DNA from: an uncultured Acidobacteriota bacterium
GTDB taxonomy: Bacteria; Acidobacteriota; UBA6911
DNA length: 64,000 nucleotides
Direction: 5' to 3'
Assembly (NCBI GenBank): GCA_963827655.1
Contig: CAWHCF010000002.1
Span: 128,001-192,000, forward strand
A program made the position numbers and the translations under genes. Positions 51,988 through 61,660 of the stretch are shown here, piece after piece (within the stretch, counting starts at the first letter, position 1; every line of letters starts with the position of its first letter). Below the pieces are notes generated by a model that did not search any database, had not been told where the DNA came from, and saw only the letters and a list, made by a program, of their open reading frames with translations.

Positions 51988-54213
51988 CTAAGGTAACCCG
52001 CGCAATCGCTCCTGAGCCTCGCGTTTCACTGCTGCATCCTCACTCGAGGCAGCCTTCTTGAAGTGCTCCTTAGCCGCTTGCGTCTTGCCCTGGGCCAGCA
52101 GCGCCACGCCGAGGTAGAGATATGCCTGGGGCAGCTCCGGATTGCCTGCCAGCGCCGCCTCGAGCTGCGTCTGAGCCTCAGCGTAGCGCCGATTGGACAG
52201 CAGGTGAGACGCCAGATACACTCGCGACGAGTGCGCTGCGGGATTGCATTCGATGGCTTTTTCGAAGTGCGAAGCCGCCGCTTCCGCCTCACCCAGGTCC
52301 AGAAGCAACAGCCCGAAATTATGGTGCGCGCCCCAAGACTTAGGGTCGTGTCGCAGTGCTTCCTCGAAGAACGGCCGCGCCTCCCGCAAACGTTTGGTAC
52401 TTGCCAGCGTGATCCCGAGATTGACATATGCGTGCGCGTAGTCGGGCCGCACGCGGATCGCCTCGCGGAACGCCGCCATGGCCTCGTTGTTGGACCCAAG
52501 CCCCAACAAAGCGGTCCCGAGCGAGTTGTGCGCGACCGGAATATCGGCATCGAGCTTGATTGCCTGTTCGAGCACCGCCGCCGCCTCGGCGAATTCTTTG
52601 ATTACCGCAAGCGCCGCTCCCAGGTCCGCGAGCGTTCGCGGATTGTCCGGTTCGAGCGCTCGCGCATGACGCAGTTGCTCGATCGCTGCCCGGGGTTCGC
52701 CCGACTCCAGCAGGGATCGCGCAAATGCGACTCGCACGGTAGCGTTCTGCGGATCCCGTTCGACGGCGACGCGAAACCATCTGGCCGCCTCCCCATACTC
52801 TCTCAGCCGGTGATGCGCTCGCGCGAGCTCGAACCAGGCTTTCGGCGGCGGATTCGCCACCGCCTCGATCGCCGCCTTCAACTGCACAATCCCCATCTCG
52901 GTATCAGTACCTTCCATCACCTGCGCCAAAGCGACGGTCAGTCGCACCTCGTTCGAGGCGGGGAGGCCGGGCGGATAATACGGCACCAGCTCGCCTCGAT
53001 ACGGACCGTGCTGCCTTTCCGGCAACGCCGCCAGCAGTTCTCCGGGCGGTGGACGGCGTGGAATCGCGTGGTCGGTCATCACCACGTGCACCACGTCTTC
53101 GGCACGACGTTTCGGCATGTGACAGGAAATGCACTCCGTGGCTCGAGGATGCTGCTGACGCAATTCCATCTCGGCCATGCGCTGACTGTGGCAGCGCAAA
53201 CACGCCTTGGTGTAGTGTCGAACTGCCTCCTGGCCGCGCACCGCCTGGTGCGGGTTGTGACACGTCGTGCACAGCAGTTTTCCTGCGCTGCCCCGGTAGC
53301 ACTCCGATTGGAGCATTCGATAGCCGGCGCTGTCGATCTCGAACCTCGTCTTCGCCGTGCCGTCCTTCGGCTCGAAGTGAATCGCGTGCGCGCCCGGCGA
53401 CGCGCCGGGCTGAAACCCAAAGGGTCCCCGGCCCGGCATCGGAACCGAATGCGGCATATCCGCCATCGATTGCAGGTGGCACTGCATGCACACGTCGAGC
53501 GCGCGACTGCTGTCCAGCCGCGAGGGATTCACGATGGCTGCACGCATCGCTTCCAGAGCGTCTCCGCTCCGGGCAAGACGAGCGTGCTCGTCCCCCGCGC
53601 CGTGACAGCGCTGGCAGTCGATTCCTTCCGGGAGACCGGCAGGATACACCGGCGGCTCTTCACGACGCCCCTGATCGGCGACCGCCGGATAGGCGTTGTG
53701 ACACGCAATGCATTGGTACGTGATCTCCCGCCGGAAATCCTCGTGGTTCGGCCGATCGTAGCCGGGGCTCATCGCCCACTTGCCGCCGCCTTCGCTGTAC
53801 CAGCCAAGCGGTAACTCGAGCAGCGTCCCCCGCGGAGTCCGGTGGATATAGGTGCGGGCGTGGTTGCCCGAACCCATGACATAGTGGATTTCTTTCTCGA
53901 CGACGTTCACTTCTCTGCCACTGCCGTCGAGTTGATGACGCCGCTGATAGTACCGTCCGTCGCGCTCGATTACGGCGTAGTGGCGATTCGAAGCCGCGTG
54001 ATAGTAGGAGTTGTTCCCCCGAAGTCCCTCGCCCAGCTTATCCGCGGTGGGTCGGTAGAACGACCGGCCCATGCCGGTCTCGAGAAAGCTGCGCGCGATT
54101 GCCGGATGGCATGGGCGGCAGGCAGACACCTGCGCGATGGCGGCGGGAGCGGCGGCAAGCCCGACCGCGAAGGAAGCGTACAGGCAGAGCAGAGGATATT
54201 TTCTTCTTGGCAT
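51988..54213 (-). CDS. Multiheme cytochrome c (7 CxxCH) fused to a TPR array
   Basis: Signal peptide; CRPCH, CIACH, CQRCH, CMQCH, CTTCH, CLRCH, CISCH; TDH; C-terminal TPRs. Confidence 0.9.
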   Translation of the reverse strand: MPRRKYPLLCLYASFAVGLAAAPAAIAQVSACRPCHPAIARSFLETGMGRSFYRPTADKLGEGLRGNNSYYHAASNRHYAVIERDGRYYQRRHQLDGSGREVNVVEKEIHYVMGSGNHARTYIHRTPRGTLLELPLGWYSEGGGKWAMSPGYDRPNHEDFRREITYQCIACHNAYPAVADQGRREEPPVYPAGLPEGIDCQRCHGAGDEHARLARSGDALEAMRAAIVNPSRLDSSRALDVCMQCHLQSMADMPHSVPMPGRGPFGFQPGASPGAHAIHFEPKDGTAKTRFEIDSAGYRMLQSECYRGSAGKLLCTTCHNPHQAVRGQEAVRHYTKACLRCHSQRMAEMELRQQHPRATECISCHMPKRRAEDVVHVVMTDHAIPRRPPPGELLAALPERQHGPYRGELVPYYPPGLPASNEVRLTVALAQVMEGTDTEMGIVQLKAAIEAVANPPPKAWFELARAHHRLREYGEAARWFRVAVERDPQNATVRVAFARSLLESGEPRAAIEQLRHARALEPDNPRTLADLGAALAVIKEFAEAAAVLEQAIKLDADIPVAHNSLGTALLGLGSNNEAMAAFREAIRVRPDYAHAYVNLGITLASTKRLREARPFFEEALRHDPKSWGAHHNFGLLLLDLGEAEAAASHFEKAIECNPAAHSSRVYLASHLLSNRRYAEAQTQLEAALAGNPELPQAYLYLGVALLAQGKTQAAKEHFKKAASSEDAAVKREAQERLRGLP

Positions 54214-54342
54214 TGCCGATCCGGACGGCCCAGCTTCCTATAAGGTCGGTGGTATGTCAACCTCACGTCGTTCCGTGGATCGGCTGGCGAAGTTCGCAGC
54301 CGGCCGGGCGCCCGGCCCGGCTTTTGTGGCGCGGGTCATCAC

Positions 54343-54611
54343 GGGCCGTTGCAAAACTCAGCTCTACCCTGGAATGCGGCTCAGACACTTTCCGAAGCCT
54401 TCTGTGGCGACGGGTCAATGACCCGTCGCGTGGAGTTCGGACATTTCACGGCACAGAAGCTCAGGTGCCGGTAGCCGGGCCGAAGGCCCGGCAGTAAGTA
54501 GCCACGCCCGTCAGGGCGTAGTTTATGTGCAGATGACATGCGAGGTCCTGACGGGCCTCGGCGGGCTTGATAGCCCGTCCGCACATGTATCGGGTCGTTT
54601 TGCGACAGATG
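54343..54611. mobile_element. Second MITE-like family-2 copy (~270 bp) with extra internal hairpins
   Basis: gttgcaaaactcagctctaccct...aatgcggct.cagacacttt.cgaagcct..tgtggcgacgggtca and gggcttgatagcccgtccgcaca...gggtcgttttgcgacag, shared with 18061-18260. Confidence 0.65.
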
Positions 54612-54705
54612 ACGCGTCGCCACAGGATGCTCGGAAAGTGTGCTCGCTTCGTCTGGAGTCCGAGTGCAAACTCGCCTGCCCGTAAGCCTCGGCCTCTCCA
54701 CGGTA

Positions 54706-55728
54706 TTACTTCACCCCCACGACCATCGAATCCGGACCGGCCAGGTGCACGACGCGAGTCTCACGGAAGCCGACTTTTTTCATCCATGCTGAACAGTCGG
54801 CTCCGGTGTAGTCGAAGCCACCCGGCGTTTCGATCAGCATGTTCAAGCTCATCAGCAAACCGAACGCATTTTCTCGCCGATCATCATCGATCAGAGCCTC
54901 GAAAACGATGAAAGATCCTCCCGTTGGCAGTGTTCGATAGGCGGTCTCGATCAAACGCATTTTCTCACTGAGATCCCAGTCGTGGAGGATGTGTCCCATG
55001 ATCAGAACTTCGGCCGATGGAATCGGGTCCTTGAAAAAATCGCCCGGAATGAAGCGCAGACGCTCACTGACACCCATCGCTCTGGCGTAATCTTCGAAAA
55101 TGGGCTGAACAACCGGCAGATCGAAGTTCGCCCCCGCCAGATGCGGGTGCGCCAGCGCAACCTGCACGGCAACGCCGCCCTGTGCGCCTCCGACATCGAT
55201 GAATGTCTTGTACTTGTCCCAGGGGAACAGCGTCGCGATGCCTTTCGCCGCCCCCATACTCAGACCGGTCATGGCCCCGAGAAAAAGGCGTAGCCGCTGG
55301 GGATCGTTATAGATGGTTTCGAATAAGCCTGTACCTCCGCGTTTGATTTCATTCTGAGGTTGCCCCGTGCGCAGCCCTTCAGTAAGCGATCCCCAGAACG
55401 AGTAGAGTCGTTCATTGGCCATTTCCAACATTCCACCGATATACGCTGGGCTGCCGCGCACCAGGAATGCGGCTGTTTCGGCGGTATTCGCGTAGCGGCC
55501 ATCTCTCCGATCCAGGAAGCGCAGGGCCACAAGTGCGTCAAGGAAATCCCGGTAGCTCCGTTCGTGAAGACCCAATCTTCGGGACAGTTCTGCGCCTTCG
55601 AGCGGACCAGCAGCCAGTTCACTAAACAAACCCAGTTCGATGGCACTCAGAAGCGTCTTCGAACCCCAGAATCCGAGACCGATCTGCATGATGTTCGCGG
55701 GCGTGATTTGCGTGGCTTCTTGCGTCAT
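54706..55728 (-). CDS. O-methyltransferase (methyltransferase_2 family with dimerisation domain)
   Basis: [37 protein letters not shown]. Confidence 0.9.
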   Translation of the reverse strand: MTQEATQITPANIMQIGLGFWGSKTLLSAIELGLFSELAAGPLEGAELSRRLGLHERSYRDFLDALVALRFLDRRDGRYANTAETAAFLVRGSPAYIGGMLEMANERLYSFWGSLTEGLRTGQPQNEIKRGGTGLFETIYNDPQRLRLFLGAMTGLSMGAAKGIATLFPWDKYKTFIDVGGAQGGVAVQVALAHPHLAGANFDLPVVQPIFEDYARAMGVSERLRFIPGDFFKDPIPSAEVLIMGHILHDWDLSEKMRLIETAYRTLPTGGSFIVFEALIDDDRRENAFGLLMSLNMLIETPGGFDYTGADCSAWMKKVGFRETRVVHLAGPDSMVVGVK

Positions 55729-55775
55729 GTATCTTCCTCTAATGAATTCTGCATTTCACAATTACGGTGACGTAT

Positions 55776-56035
55776 TCTGGAGTGCGGCAGCTTGCTGACG
55801 CCTTGATCCGGCAAAACTTGCTTCGCAAGCATCGCGGCTCTCGATTGCTCCCGAACGACGGAGCTCTCGGGGCAAATGACCGTCGGGTGAGAGTCATTCG
55901 GCCCCTGGGAAGCAAGCTTGCAAGCGCACGTCACAGGCCTGGGTGCATACTCGGTCGTCCGGAGGGCGCAGCGTCGTCCCCGGCTAATCTGTTCGCCCCT
56001 TCGAAAGAGGATCGGCGCCTGGTAGAGCCGGGGGC
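55776..56035. repeat. Family-3 REP-like palindromes
   Basis: tctggagtgcggcagcttgctgacgcc, gcaagcttgcaagcgca, cgtccggagggcg; similar to 25560-25880 and 31428. Confidence 0.6.
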
Positions 56036-56114
56036 CCAACAAACGGCGTCGAGCCCCCAAACTTCCCTCTCCCGCGATCCGATGGTGCCGGAAGAAGACG
56101 CGGTTATGGGCCAC

Positions 56115-59100
56115 TCAGAACACCAACTTGGCTCCGAGCTGGATGACGCGGGTCGTAACGCCTTGCACGCCGCCGCCCACCGCGCCGAACGTGGCCGACC
56201 GTATATTGCGGTCCACGGTAGCGGGGTCCGGGTTGAAGTGGTTCGTCAGGTTGAAGAATTCGGTCCGGAACTCGAGGTGGCGCCCCTCCGATATCGGGAA
56301 GATCTTGTTGACGGAAAAGTCGCCGGTGGCAATCCCGGGCAGCCGGATCGCGTAGGTGCGAGGCGAAGTGCCGAAGCGGCCGAATGGCGCCTCCGCGAAC
56401 GCGGCGGTGTTGAACCATTTCGTCCACGTGCGCTCGTCGCCTGGCAAGTTGCCATTCTGACCGGATAGCAGGTCGGGGCGCGAGCTGATTCCCGTGCCCG
56501 TCGTGTCCACGTTGTTCGTCACTGGCGCGGGAAAACCGCTCTGGAAGGTTACGATGGTCGAAAGCTGCCAGCCGTCGAGCAACCACCGCGCAGCGCCGCG
56601 CGTATCCTTGAAGAACGGTAACTGGTAGAGCACCGTCTGAACAAAGCGCTGCGTCACGTCGAAACCCGATACCGAACGATCGCCAGCAAGATTGTAGATA
56701 TCCTGCGGGGCGCCGATGAAGTTGCCGCCGCCGACCTGCCCGCCGATGTCGTTCGGTCCGGAGATCGACTTCGACCAGGTATAGGCGGTAAGGAAGACCA
56801 GCCCGCTGCTCATGCGGCGCTCCGCCCTCAGCTGGAGCGCGTGATAGATCGCGTTGCCGACGGATTTGTCGGAACGAACGTTGCGCTGATAGGCCTGATT
56901 TGGACGGCGCGCATTGAGCGAGGGCAAGCCGGGTGTCCGCGGATCGACCAGCTGGATGGGTCGGTTGAGATCCTCGAACGTTACAATCAGCCTGGTACTC
57001 TTCGTGCCGATATAGCCCACATCCATGAGGATCTTGCCCGGGAGGGTCTTCTGCACGTTCAAGTTCCACTGCTGGATATAGGTGTCGCGCAGGTTCTGGT
57101 CATTGCTGACCGCGAAGTTCAGCGCGCCGGTGGTCACGGCCGACGAAAACGGGTCGTTGAAGAAAAGATTGGGCACGCCCGTCGGGTTCCCAATCACGCT
57201 CGCGCCAGCAGTAGCCTGCGCGCCCTCGGCCATCGCGAAGATCGCGTTCGAAATCTGCGGCGTGTAATACCAGCCGTAGGCGCCGCGGACCACGGCGTCG
57301 TTCATGAAAGTTGGACGGTAGGCGAAGCCTACCCGGGGAGCCCAGTTGTTGCGATCCGGCGCGATCAGCCCGCGCCCATAGCTCGAGGTCTCGGGCGTTG
57401 TAATACCCGCGACGACAAAGCCGTTCTGCTCGATGTTCACGAACTTGTCGTCCACCTGCGTGTAGGGCTGGAAGTAGTCGTAGCGTAGACCAAGGTTGAC
57501 TGTAAGCCTGGGAGTTATTTTCCAGTCATCATTGAAATAATAGGATTGCCACCAGTTCCACAGGTCGGTGGACGTGTGAGCCGGATTGATACTCGCGTTT
57601 CGCACATAACCCAGCATGAAATCGGCGAGCGCGCTTCCGGTATAGGTTCCATCGAAACCGAAGCTGCCGCGGGGCGCGCGGGCCTGTTCGAAGGTCACCT
57701 GGCGCCTGACGATATCGGCGCCGAACTTCAGGAAGTGTGTGCCATGCTGCCAGGAGGCAGAATCCACGAACTGAAAGATCTGGTTGGAGCGATCGCGGGG
57801 TCCGATCTGCCGCTGCAGGTCGTACATGCTGAAGGCTCCGTCCGGGCCGTTGATGGTAATGGTCGGCGGCCCATACTCCTGCGGCAGCCGGGATACCAGC
57901 GGAATTCCCATCTTTCCGGCGATGTCGTAAGCGGGATCGTTGGTGGTGCCGAAGATCTCGGTCTCGAAGAACTTGTGCCAGCCGCCACGAAACTCATTTA
58001 TCAGCGTCGGTCCAAAGGTATGGGTCCAGGCGCTCACAAAATTCTGCGAACGGCCCAGGTTGTCGCGCTCGTCGTGGCCCCAGAACGGTACGCCGGCTTC
58101 GTAAGTGTCATTGAAGATATAACGACCCGACAGTGTGTCCGTGCTGGAGAAGATATGATCGATGCGACCGTTGTAGTTGTCCTGTTTCGAGACGGCGCTG
58201 GCGGGAGTGCTGGCGAAGTTCTGGGTCCCTACCTGGGTGTTGGGAAGAGGCATGAACTGGAGAAAAGTCAGCGACTGACTACTCAGCCTCGATGCGGGAA
58301 TGACGTTGTTCGCGATCCCGATGTTGAGCGGGTCGTTCAGCGTAATCGGGGCCCCGGTGCGCGAATTGGTTAGACCCCGGAAATCTCCGGTCCGGATGGC
58401 TGCCGGCGGGATCAAGCGCAGCGAACTGACCGCGCCCTGGGCCAACCGGCCCGATTCCCAGTTGAAGAAGAAGAACGTCTTGTCCGTTCCTCGGTAGAGC
58501 CCAGGAATATAGACCGGCCCGCCGATATTCGCGCCGAACTGATTCCGGTTCAATCGGGGCGGGTCGACGCTCTTGCGGGCGATCGCATCGTAGGCCTGCG
58601 TGAGCGCGTCGTTGCGATTGAACTCCCAGAGGGTCCCGGTGAGCCGATTGCCGCCGCGCTTGGTGAGCATATTGACCTGCCCGCCTGGCGCGCCGCCGGA
58701 CTCCGACGACGAGTTGCCGGTCTCCACCTTGAACTCGGCGAGCGAGTCCACCGACGGCGCAAACGAGTACGTCATCGCGTCGTAGTCCATGAACTCGATA
58801 CCGTCGAGAAGGTAGCGATTGGCGGTGTCGCGCGAGCCATTGGCAGACATGGCTGTGGATCCGAATGGCGCATCCTGCTGGCCGATGGATCCGCGCCCCC
58901 GCCGGACGGTAATGGAGCCCGGCGTGCCGGCCTGAACGCCAGGAATCAGTTGCGCCAGCTGAATAAAGTTGCGTCCGTTGAGAGGCAGGTCGACGATTTT
59001 GCTTCCGTCGATGACCGCGCCCACCGTGGCATTGTCGGTCTGCAGGACCGCCGCGAAAGCCTCGACGTTGATCGTCTCGGCAACGTCGCCGATCCGGAGT

Positions 59101-59417
59101 TGCACATCGACCCGCGCGGTCTGCTGCACCTGCAGGGTGATACGGTCGATCTTCTGCTTCTGAAAGCCAGGGGCAACGGCAGTCACAGAATAATCGCCGG
59201 CAGGCAAGAAGGGGAGCGTGTAGCTGCCCGTCTCGGCGGTCAAGGTTTCGCGGACCGCGTTCGTGGCCAGATTGGTGGCTGTGATCGTCACACCCGCGAC
59301 CACGGCGCCCGTCGGGTCTGTGACGGTGCCGGTTAGAGTCGCGGTGGTCTGCTGGGCGTGCGCCGCGCTTATAAGGATTGCAACTGCGAGAACGGTTCTC
59401 GTGAACGCTTGGAACAT
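56115..59417 (-). CDS. TonB-dependent receptor (Oar-like) no. 4
   Basis: GAGGAG RBS, signal peptide, LTGTVTDPTGA, LPLNGRN, WEFNRND, QLGAKLVF. Confidence 0.93.
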   Translation of the reverse strand: MFQAFTRTVLAVAILISAAHAQQTTATLTGTVTDPTGAVVAGVTITATNLATNAVRETLTAETGSYTLPFLPAGDYSVTAVAPGFQKQKIDRITLQVQQTARVDVQLRIGDVAETINVEAFAAVLQTDNATVGAVIDGSKIVDLPLNGRNFIQLAQLIPGVQAGTPGSITVRRGRGSIGQQDAPFGSTAMSANGSRDTANRYLLDGIEFMDYDAMTYSFAPSVDSLAEFKVETGNSSSESGGAPGGQVNMLTKRGGNRLTGTLWEFNRNDALTQAYDAIARKSVDPPRLNRNQFGANIGGPVYIPGLYRGTDKTFFFFNWESGRLAQGAVSSLRLIPPAAIRTGDFRGLTNSRTGAPITLNDPLNIGIANNVIPASRLSSQSLTFLQFMPLPNTQVGTQNFASTPASAVSKQDNYNGRIDHIFSSTDTLSGRYIFNDTYEAGVPFWGHDERDNLGRSQNFVSAWTHTFGPTLINEFRGGWHKFFETEIFGTTNDPAYDIAGKMGIPLVSRLPQEYGPPTITINGPDGAFSMYDLQRQIGPRDRSNQIFQFVDSASWQHGTHFLKFGADIVRRQVTFEQARAPRGSFGFDGTYTGSALADFMLGYVRNASINPAHTSTDLWNWWQSYYFNDDWKITPRLTVNLGLRYDYFQPYTQVDDKFVNIEQNGFVVAGITTPETSSYGRGLIAPDRNNWAPRVGFAYRPTFMNDAVVRGAYGWYYTPQISNAIFAMAEGAQATAGASVIGNPTGVPNLFFNDPFSSAVTTGALNFAVSNDQNLRDTYIQQWNLNVQKTLPGKILMDVGYIGTKSTRLIVTFEDLNRPIQLVDPRTPGLPSLNARRPNQAYQRNVRSDKSVGNAIYHALQLRAERRMSSGLVFLTAYTWSKSISGPNDIGGQVGGGNFIGAPQDIYNLAGDRSVSGFDVTQRFVQTVLYQLPFFKDTRGAARWLLDGWQLSTIVTFQSGFPAPVTNNVDTTGTGISSRPDLLSGQNGNLPGDERTWTKWFNTAAFAEAPFGRFGTSPRTYAIRLPGIATGDFSVNKIFPISEGRHLEFRTEFFNLTNHFNPDPATVDRNIRSATFGAVGGGVQGVTTRVIQLGAKLVF

Positions 59418-59825
59418 AGGTCTCCTCTAATATGACTTGCGACGGGATTCTAGCGCATCGAGGCTTGCGGGTCCGGTCCACTCATTTTCGGAGCTCTGAA
59501 CAAGCCAGTGCGCCCAGGAACTTCACAATGAGCGTACCTGACCCCTTCTATCTTCGATTCTTGATTCTTGCCAGGAAAGTCAGTGTACCATTTCCTGACG
59601 TCCGGTCACGTGATTTTGTCCGGGAGCCTCGGGCCGAGCAGTTCAAACATTTTTGTTACTGGAAAGCTTCGCGAGACGTTTTGGGCAATGTCTATAGCAA
59701 GACCAGGCAGGTAGGGAAGGAGGATTAGAAACCGATTCGGAGGCGCAGATGAGCGAACCCCCCGGATCAGAAGTGCATCACTCCAAACGGAGCTTCATGT
59801 ATTCCGTCACGATATTCTGTAGTTC

Positions 59826-61233
59826 TCAATCGGTGCGCGGCAGCAGGGCTTCTTTCAATACTGCCTCGATTCGCGCCTCCGAGCCGGGTCCCACCCAGCA
59901 CCAGTCCTTCAAGTTCTCGTCGCCTTCATTGAAGGCCCGTTCGATCGGAACATAGCCGGGAGCACACTCCCCATACCCCAATGTCATCACAAACGAATCT
60001 GGCCGGAGCTTCTGTGCCATCAACTGAAACTCCACATACATCTCACCGGGCAACAAGACCAGGTTCGCCGATCCGAAATCAAGGACCGGCACATCAATCG
60101 GGTGGCCGGCCTCCACTCGCTCTCGCCAGCTCAGGCCGAGGGCCGCCAGGCATTGGCCAAACGGCTTCGGATCTGTTCTGAGGCGCGCCTCCAGGTCCGG
60201 CTTGGAGAATCCTGACATCGCTCCGAGGTTCCAACTCCAGCGGTAACGATCGGAACTTAAGGGACGTCAGTGGCTGGCGTCGCGTGTCCTTCCATGCTTG
60301 CGCCATTGCCCGGTAGATTCGGTCCGCCAGGACAGATCGGTTCTCCGGAGCACCGTCATTGTATTTGCCGGCGGTGACATTTCCGCTGCAGCCTGAAACG
60401 TAGATCTGTTTGACATCCCGGTCTTCCTTTTGGCGGCGATCACGGGCCATTCCCATGAAATCGCTCGAAACAGCCCCCTTTCCGTAATAGCTCATGGGAT
60501 GGGTGGCATAGCAGCTCAGTGCGAGCACAGGACGTTCACCGTCCCAGAAGCTGAGGGTCTTGAGCCAGGGGTCGACTGTTCCCTCAGGCTGCGCGCGGAT
60601 CCAGGCATCTCGGGTAGCGCTGGTTCTGTTGAAGAACAGCTTTCCTTCCGGGCCAACGTATCGCCGGTTGGAGGCGACTTTCTCAACTTGCGCTTGTCCT
60701 AGTCCCAAATGAGTCACTCGTCGACTCGCCCGCTGGCCCTCTCGCAGTGCCTGAACCACGCGTTGAACCGCGGTTTCGTGAAACTCCAGATCGCAGATGC
60801 TGCCTGAAGATCTTGATTCGTTCAGAAACCGCTGAGCGGTCAGGTCCGCGATTGGAGCATCGTGCTGGTGAATGCAGCTCAGCAAGACTCGCTCCTTTGA
60901 AGTTCCAGCAGTCTTGGCGAGCACCGTCCGCCAGCGATCATAGGCGTCATTGCGCACTTCGCACCAGTCCAGTGAAACCAGCACGACGGGGAACCCTCCG
61001 CCTCTGAGCACAAACCCATGGGCCAATAACCGATCGTCGATTCGCTGAGCGGGGGTAATACCTCCTCCCATGAGCGCGTGACCGAGAGGCGGCGTAATGT
61101 CAGCCTGAAAAGTCGAAAGCTCATGGGACGCCGCAACCGCGGCTCGGGATGAACCCACGACCGTAACGGCGCATCCTGCCGCCAGTCCTTTCAAGACTTG
61201 ACGGCGAGTCAATCCGCATCGGATCCGCATCAC
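59826..61233 (-). CDS. Tat-exported neutral-ceramidase-like (CDase N-domain) hydrolase (frameshift near 60215)
   Basis: TRRQVLK; DITPP, DRLLA, HQHDAP, YATHP, GCSGN, LPGE, GY. Confidence 0.75.
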
Positions 61234-61263
61234 GCTCCCCCTTTCACTCAGAAAAACGACTGC

Positions 61264-61410
61264 GTTGATCCGGTCGCGCGGGAACGCAGCGACGCACTCG
61301 TCGAGAAATCAAACGAGGGCGAGCTCTGACCTGACGAGCGCGCCGAATACGCGCTGGACGTATCGACTGGTACCTCCTGCGAGCTCTTCCGGCGGAGCAT
61401 GCGAACTCGT
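61264..61410 (+). pseudogene. Degenerate remnant of a small helical antitoxin-like protein
   Basis: VDPVARERSDALVEKSNEGEL*PDERAEYA.., resembling the 'RIDELAEKxNEGxLTxEERAEY' small-protein pattern; internal TGA and no start. Confidence 0.45.
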
Positions 61411-61660
61411 GAATGAAACATCACCAACTCCCTCGGGCTACGAGGTGGTTCAAGATCATCGTACGATCTCCGAGAATCCAGATTGATGATGACGTTTCTC
61501 AAGTATCGGATGCTACTCCTCAACGTGGAGTTCGACTATCGCGTTCTATCCGTTAGGCACAACCCATAGAGTGCTTGGATCAAGCCGGCGAGGTTGTGGC
61601 GTAAGTGAAGATTTCGGGACGGACGACGTTTGGCGAAGGACATGAGAAAGTCTCATGGGA

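Noticed and set aside
1801-61233. Mass pseudogenisation or programmed frameshifting, given breaks in more than a dozen genes
   Set aside because: Indels fall at different positions in the two near-identical adhesin heads, so each copy corrects the other. They also hit conserved genes (sbcC, sbcD) without in-frame nonsense decay. No correctly phased slippery heptamer was found at the sbcD break. Most likely long-read assembly error.
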